Of a DNA stretch of 20,000 nt, positions 16,956-20,000 are shown piece by piece (positions within the stretch are counted from its first letter, which is position 1; each line of letters starts with the position of its first letter). This DNA comes from an uncultured virus (IMG/VR IMGVR_UViG_3300046171_000179) (Duplodnaviria; Heunggongvirae; Uroviricota; Caudoviricetes; Crassvirales), in IMG/VR virus record IMGVR_UViG_3300046171_000179. The stretch is one strand, 5' to 3'. The translations under genes were made by a program, and so were the position numbers. Under the pieces are notes generated by a model. That model did not search any database. It was not told the origin of the DNA and saw only the letters and a list, made by a program, of their open reading frames with translations.

Positions 16956-17102
16956 TCATAATGCTAAAGTTAGTATATGATTTATTACTTGTTTTGCATT
17001 ACCTTCAACTGTAGTTTCAGTGTCATATAAACCTTTGTATGTTAGTTTATAAGCTTTTGGTATCACTCTTTCAAATTGAGTATCAAATTTATTACCTGCC
17101 AT
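16956..17102 (-). CDS. Small hypothetical protein (48 aa)
   Basis: MAGNKFDTQFERVIPKAYKLTYKG...; ATGA overlap with the next ORF. Confidence 0.6.
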   Translation of the reverse strand: MAGNKFDTQFERVIPKAYKLTYKGLYDTETTVEGNAKQVINHILTLAL

Positions 17103-17119
17103 TTTTATTTATTTATAAT

Positions 17120-17170
17120 TAGAGAGCATGGCGGGAGTCGAACCCGCACCTTAGTACCGTAGCATGCTCT
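17120..17170 (-). ncRNA. Anticodon-less tRNA-like element 1 (acceptor stem + T-arm)
   Basis: GAGCATG-CTACGGTACTAAGGT-GCGGG TTCGACT CCCGC-CATGCTC-T-CTA. Confidence 0.75.
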
Positions 17171-17186
17171 GTTGTCTGTACAGACC

Positions 17187-17381
17187 TTATTTTCTTCGCC
17201 AAGCTTTGTGAACTTGATCACTTAATTCTTGACTGACTATTTGTACTTCTAATACTTGTTTGTTTGCGATAATAGGTATATAACTTACTTTTTTAGTGTT
17301 TGAACACTCTACACAGTTATTATAACCTAGTTTTATTCTTACTGGATGAATTATATCACCACATCTACAATGTTTTTTCAT
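17187..17381 (-). CDS. Small C4 zinc-finger protein, DksA/TraR finger-like
   Basis: CRCGDIIHPVRIKLGYNNCVECS resembles C..CG..I...R......C..C. Confidence 0.65.
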   Translation of the reverse strand: MKKHCRCGDIIHPVRIKLGYNNCVECSNTKKVSYIPIIANKQVLEVQIVSQELSDQVHKAWRRK

Positions 17382-17398
17382 ATATTATTTGTTACATA

Positions 17399-17438
17399 TA
17401 TATTATCACAAACTATTTTATTTTGTAACGTACTTTTT
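17399..17438 (-). promoter_or_regulatory. Repeated early-promoter motif, copy 4
   Basis: AAAAAGTACGTTAC-N14-TGTGATAATATA, 17 nt before the ATG at 17381. Confidence 0.85.
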
Positions 17439-17640
17439 ATAACTTACCTAAATTGTCAAAGTCACCTTTTTCAATCATTTCTTGTAATACTTCTAATTTT
17501 TCTGTGTGAGAACATGTGTCATAGCCAAATTCACCATGTAATTCTTCTGCTGTAATGTCTAACGTTTGTAGTAACCACCTTGCGTGATCTTTAACCATCT
17601 TTTGTTTTACATTAAATTCTAAAAATGTTTTATTCATCAT
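17437..17640 (-). CDS. Hypothetical protein
   Basis: 67-aa ORF containing GEFGYDTC; ATGA overlap. Confidence 0.65.
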   Translation of the reverse strand: MMNKTFLEFNVKQKMVKDHARWLLQTLDITAEELHGEFGYDTCSHTEKLEVLQEMIEKGDFDNLGKL

Positions 17641-18134
17641 AAGTTATTTAATAATTTTACTAATTTATCTTCAATCGAAGCAACACCATCGCTAAAACCT
17701 TTGTTATAAAGGTCATTATTGTAATCATTTCTTGTTAAATATGATTTAATATTTAAAGCTTTGTGCTCTTCATACGATTTTAATATTTTATTTTTACGTA
17801 ATTCTACAGCATATTCACCACAATTTTTATTATTAAAATTTTGTAAAGCGTTTATTGCTTCTGAAATATCATTATATTTAATTCTAGCAACACCTGAAAT
17901 AGTTTTTTTAACACCATCATAATCATATTCACGATTTATTTCTTCGCGTGAATTTATTTGATATAGTCTATCACCTATTTTATTGTCTTCTTTGTAATAT
18001 TCGCCATTTCTAATACCTTCGCGAGTAACAGTTACTCTAGCATATTGGTGATTAGCATAGCCAATACGACCATCTGCCATACGGAAATATATACCTGTTG
18101 GCGTGGTTTTTATTGGTTTTAATTTTTCTAACAT
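17637..18134 (-). CDS. Hypothetical protein
   Basis: 165-aa ORF. Confidence 0.75.
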   Translation of the reverse strand: MLEKLKPIKTTPTGIYFRMADGRIGYANHQYARVTVTREGIRNGEYYKEDNKIGDRLYQINSREEINREYDYDGVKKTISGVARIKYNDISEAINALQNFNNKNCGEYAVELRKNKILKSYEEHKALNIKSYLTRNDYNNDLYNKGFSDGVASIEDKLVKLLNNL

Positions 18135-18139
18135 TTATT

Positions 18140-18331
18140 TTATATTAATTTATAATAATTCTTAATAGTATTCACGCTTGCTTTATTAAAAGCGTGTACT
18201 CTTTCTCTATATTTCTCGTCAGAGCAATATTTCTTCATAGCATTTACACTTGTAATACCATGATCTTTACCGTATTTTTCTTCGAACGTTGCTATTTGAA
18301 GCAACTTTTCACTCATCATTTTACTTGTCAT
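18140..18331 (-). CDS. Hypothetical protein
   Basis: 63-aa ORF; ATGA overlap. Confidence 0.65.
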   Translation of the reverse strand: MTSKMMSEKLLQIATFEEKYGKDHGITSVNAMKKYCSDEKYRERVHAFNKASVNTIKNYYKLI

Positions 18332-18474
18332 ATTTTATATTTTTTCATAAAGTCACATATATCACCTACTATTTTGTGTTCTTTACTATTTATAATGTTT
18401 TTATTTTTAAAACAGTAGTTGTATATATAGTCGTTAAACACTTTATTTAATAGTTTCTTTTCTACTTTATTCAT
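18328..18474 (-). CDS. Small hypothetical protein (48 aa)
   Basis: MNKVEKKLLNKVFNDYIYNYCF...; first ORF after promoter copy 3. Confidence 0.55.
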   Translation of the reverse strand: MNKVEKKLLNKVFNDYIYNYCFKNKNIINSKEHKIVGDICDFMKKYKI

Positions 18475-18490
18475 ATTATATATTTACAAT

Positions 18491-18530
18491 TATATTATCA
18501 CAATATAATTTATTTTGTAACGTACTTTTT
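18491..18530 (-). promoter_or_regulatory. Repeated early-promoter motif, copy 3
   Basis: AAAAAGTACGTTAC-N14-TGTGATAATATA. Confidence 0.85.
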
Positions 18531-18746
18531 AATTTCTTCTTGAAATTCTAAAATACAGTGAGCTAAATCATCTTTATCCCACTCTATTAATTGCTCGTAA
18601 GTTAAAGGTGAAGACATATATTCTTCTTCCCATATTTCATCTACAATTTTACATATTTCTTCTTGTAACTTATCACCTTTATACTTATATTGTAATTCAG
18701 AGTGATTTTGTATTACTTCGTTATATATTTCTTCTTTATTTCTCAT
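18510..18746 (-). CDS. Acidic hypothetical protein
   Basis: 78-aa Glu-rich ORF; C-terminal KKYVTK is encoded by the promoter repeat. Confidence 0.65.
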   Translation of the reverse strand: MRNKEEIYNEVIQNHSELQYKYKGDKLQEEICKIVDEIWEEEYMSSPLTYEQLIEWDKDDLAHCILEFQEEIKKYVTK

Positions 18747-18747
18747 A

Positions 18748-18861
18748 TTATTTTAAAGTCATCGTTATTAATTCAAATTCTTTATTTGTTATTGTACCTT
18801 CCATTAAAGCAAGGAACTCACGAGATACATCTCGACCTGTATATTTATTTATTATAGTCAT
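18748..18861 (-). CDS. Small hypothetical protein (37 aa)
   Basis: MTIINKYTGRDVSREFLALMEGTITNKEFELITMTLK. Confidence 0.55.
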   Translation of the reverse strand: MTIINKYTGRDVSREFLALMEGTITNKEFELITMTLK

Positions 18862-18872
18862 ATTATTTATTT

Positions 18873-18916
18873 TAGTTGAGTAGTGAGAATCGAACTCACC
18901 TAAACCATTTACTCAA
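18873..18916 (-). ncRNA. Anticodon-less tRNA-like element 2 (acceptor stem + T-arm)
   Basis: TTGAGTA-AATGGTTTAG-GTGAG TTCGATT CTCAC-TACTCAA-CTA. Confidence 0.7.
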
Positions 18917-18971
18917 TTGTCTGTTCGTTTAAGGAAAGAACACACTTCAACACCTTTTATTTATTTATAAT

Positions 18972-19205
18972 TTACACAAGAGTTTTTAATTCTCTTACAA
19001 AAGTTGGTAAATTATTTGTGTTTGTATAAGTTTTATACTTTGTCCAACAATTCATATTTTCAAACTTTTCTTTTAATTGATTGAAAATCACATGTTGATT
19101 ATATGTATATTCTACACCTTTTTTATTTACAAATACACACACTTGTTTATTTTCTATACCTTTTACACTTATTACAAAGCGTTTTACATTTTTTATATTA
19201 CTCAT
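18972..19205 (-). CDS. Hypothetical early protein
   Basis: 77-aa ORF directly after promoter copy 2. Confidence 0.7.
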   Translation of the reverse strand: MSNIKNVKRFVISVKGIENKQVCVFVNKKGVEYTYNQHVIFNQLKEKFENMNCWTKYKTYTNTNNLPTFVRELKTLV

Positions 19206-19240
19206 ATTATTATTATTTATTATTATTTATTTATTACATT

Positions 19241-19280
19241 TATATTATCACATTTTTAAATAAATTGTAACGTACTTTTT
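19241..19280 (-). promoter_or_regulatory. Repeated early-promoter motif, copy 2
   Basis: AAAAAGTACGTTAC-N14-TGTGATAATATA. Confidence 0.85.
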
Positions 19281-19474
19281 TGTATATTATTTTTATTTAT
19301 AAATGTTAAACCTTTTAAATTAAATTCTATAACATTATTTAAAGTTTGTTTATCTTTTAATTTTATATTTTGTAAATCATTTATATTAAAACCAATGTAA
19401 ATTTTATTATTTAATTTAATTTTTTTAGTATTTAGTATTTGTGATTTATAATGTTTAGTATATAATTTTCGCAT
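19256..19474 (-). CDS. Hypothetical early protein
   Basis: 72-aa ORF directly after promoter copy 1; very AT-rich. Confidence 0.55.
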   Translation of the reverse strand: MRKLYTKHYKSQILNTKKIKLNNKIYIGFNINDLQNIKLKDKQTLNNVIEFNLKGLTFINKNNIQKSTLQFI

Positions 19475-19497
19475 TTTATTTATATTTTATTTACATA

Positions 19498-19537
19498 TAT
19501 ATTATCACATATTAAAGTTATTTGTAACGTACTTTTT
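19498..19537 (-). promoter_or_regulatory. Repeated early-promoter motif, copy 1
   Basis: AAAAAGTACGTTAC-N14-TGTGATAATATA. Confidence 0.85.
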
Positions 19538-19640
19538 TATATAAATATATAAAATGTCCCTTTTTGAATATTTTGCACTATAATATAATAGATACTATTA
19601 ATATCTTAATAAAACTATACTATTATTGATAATATAATAA

Positions 19641-19868
19641 TGACATAATATTATATGACACATTGACATATAACTTATTATATATCATGACATATTGTCA
19701 AAAGCAAATACTATATTATATTAATATAACTATGACATAATGACATGTATTAAACAAAGATTACATATATCTTAATATAATGTATATATCTTTGTGTATA
19801 TGATAACATATGAGCATATTTATTGAATATATGATAATGATATGATATATTTACATGACATATTGTCA
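19641..19868. repeat. Cluster of TGACA direct and inverted repeats in an AT-rich non-coding block
   Basis: TGACA-N3-TGACA at 19656-19668 and 19733-19745; TGACA-TAT-TGTCA at 19688-19700 and 19856-19868; single TGACA at 19641. Confidence 0.7.
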
Positions 19869-20000
19869 CATCGATATGTTATACGCAATAAAACTGTTAG
19901 TTTGTTGCAAATAATATAACAAATGTATTGTTTTATTATTAATATGGGGGTACTTTTTATATTGGTTTTTCTAACTGATTGATATTCAGTATAGTATATG

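Noticed and set aside
17120..18916. Mini-tRNAs as attP-type tRNA 3' fragments or terminators
   Set aside because: att duplications keep only the 3' part, whereas these have a perfectly complementary 5' acceptor strand. No integrase is nearby and no U-tract follows on the coding strand.
5911..19259. Other nested or + strand ORFs (5911-6108, 8329-8553, 8381-8635, 9148-9573, 10499-10690, 14000-14200, 14760-15047, 16388-16645, 17346-17555, 18194-18418, 18608-18883, 19077-19259)
   Set aside because: They are antisense or out-of-frame shadows of the densely packed minus-strand genes.
13457..19474. Paralogy between ORF 13457-13624 and ORF 19256-19474 (FNQGGITYV vs FNLKGLTFI)
   Set aside because: The similarity is too short and too influenced by AT bias to support without a profile search.
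15675..19537. Repeated motif as a CRISPR array or attC-like cassette sites
   Set aside because: Copies are 257-1724 nt apart, bipartite with a variable core, do not form hairpins, and no cas or integrase gene is present; the geometry fits a promoter.

Overview
This window looks like part of an AT-rich dsDNA bacteriophage genome, probably infecting Bacteroidota (Flavobacteriia). The host inference rests on A-rich leaders lacking Shine-Dalgarno sites, a 'Q-rule' signal peptide and the style of the RNR and SSB. Nearly all genes are on the minus strand. From right to left there is a non-coding AT-rich block with TGACA repeats, then an early region of small ORFs with five copies of a fixed-spacing promoter motif, one initiator-type tRNA-Met and two anticodon-less tRNA-like mini-elements. 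Next come an ATP-dependent ligase, a sigma-70-like factor and a recombination/replication module (ERF, PD-(D/E)XK exonuclease, SSB, primase-helicase). A nucleotide module follows: a thymidylate-synthase-family enzyme with dCMP-type specificity residues, two MazG-type pyrophosphatases, a resolvase-like nuclease, and nrdB/nrdA. A terminator separates this from one convergent + strand gene. The most notable observations are the tRNA 'minihelix' RNAs, a probable cytosine-modification cassette and the repeated promoter cassettes. All calls come from motif reading by eye; no database searches were run.
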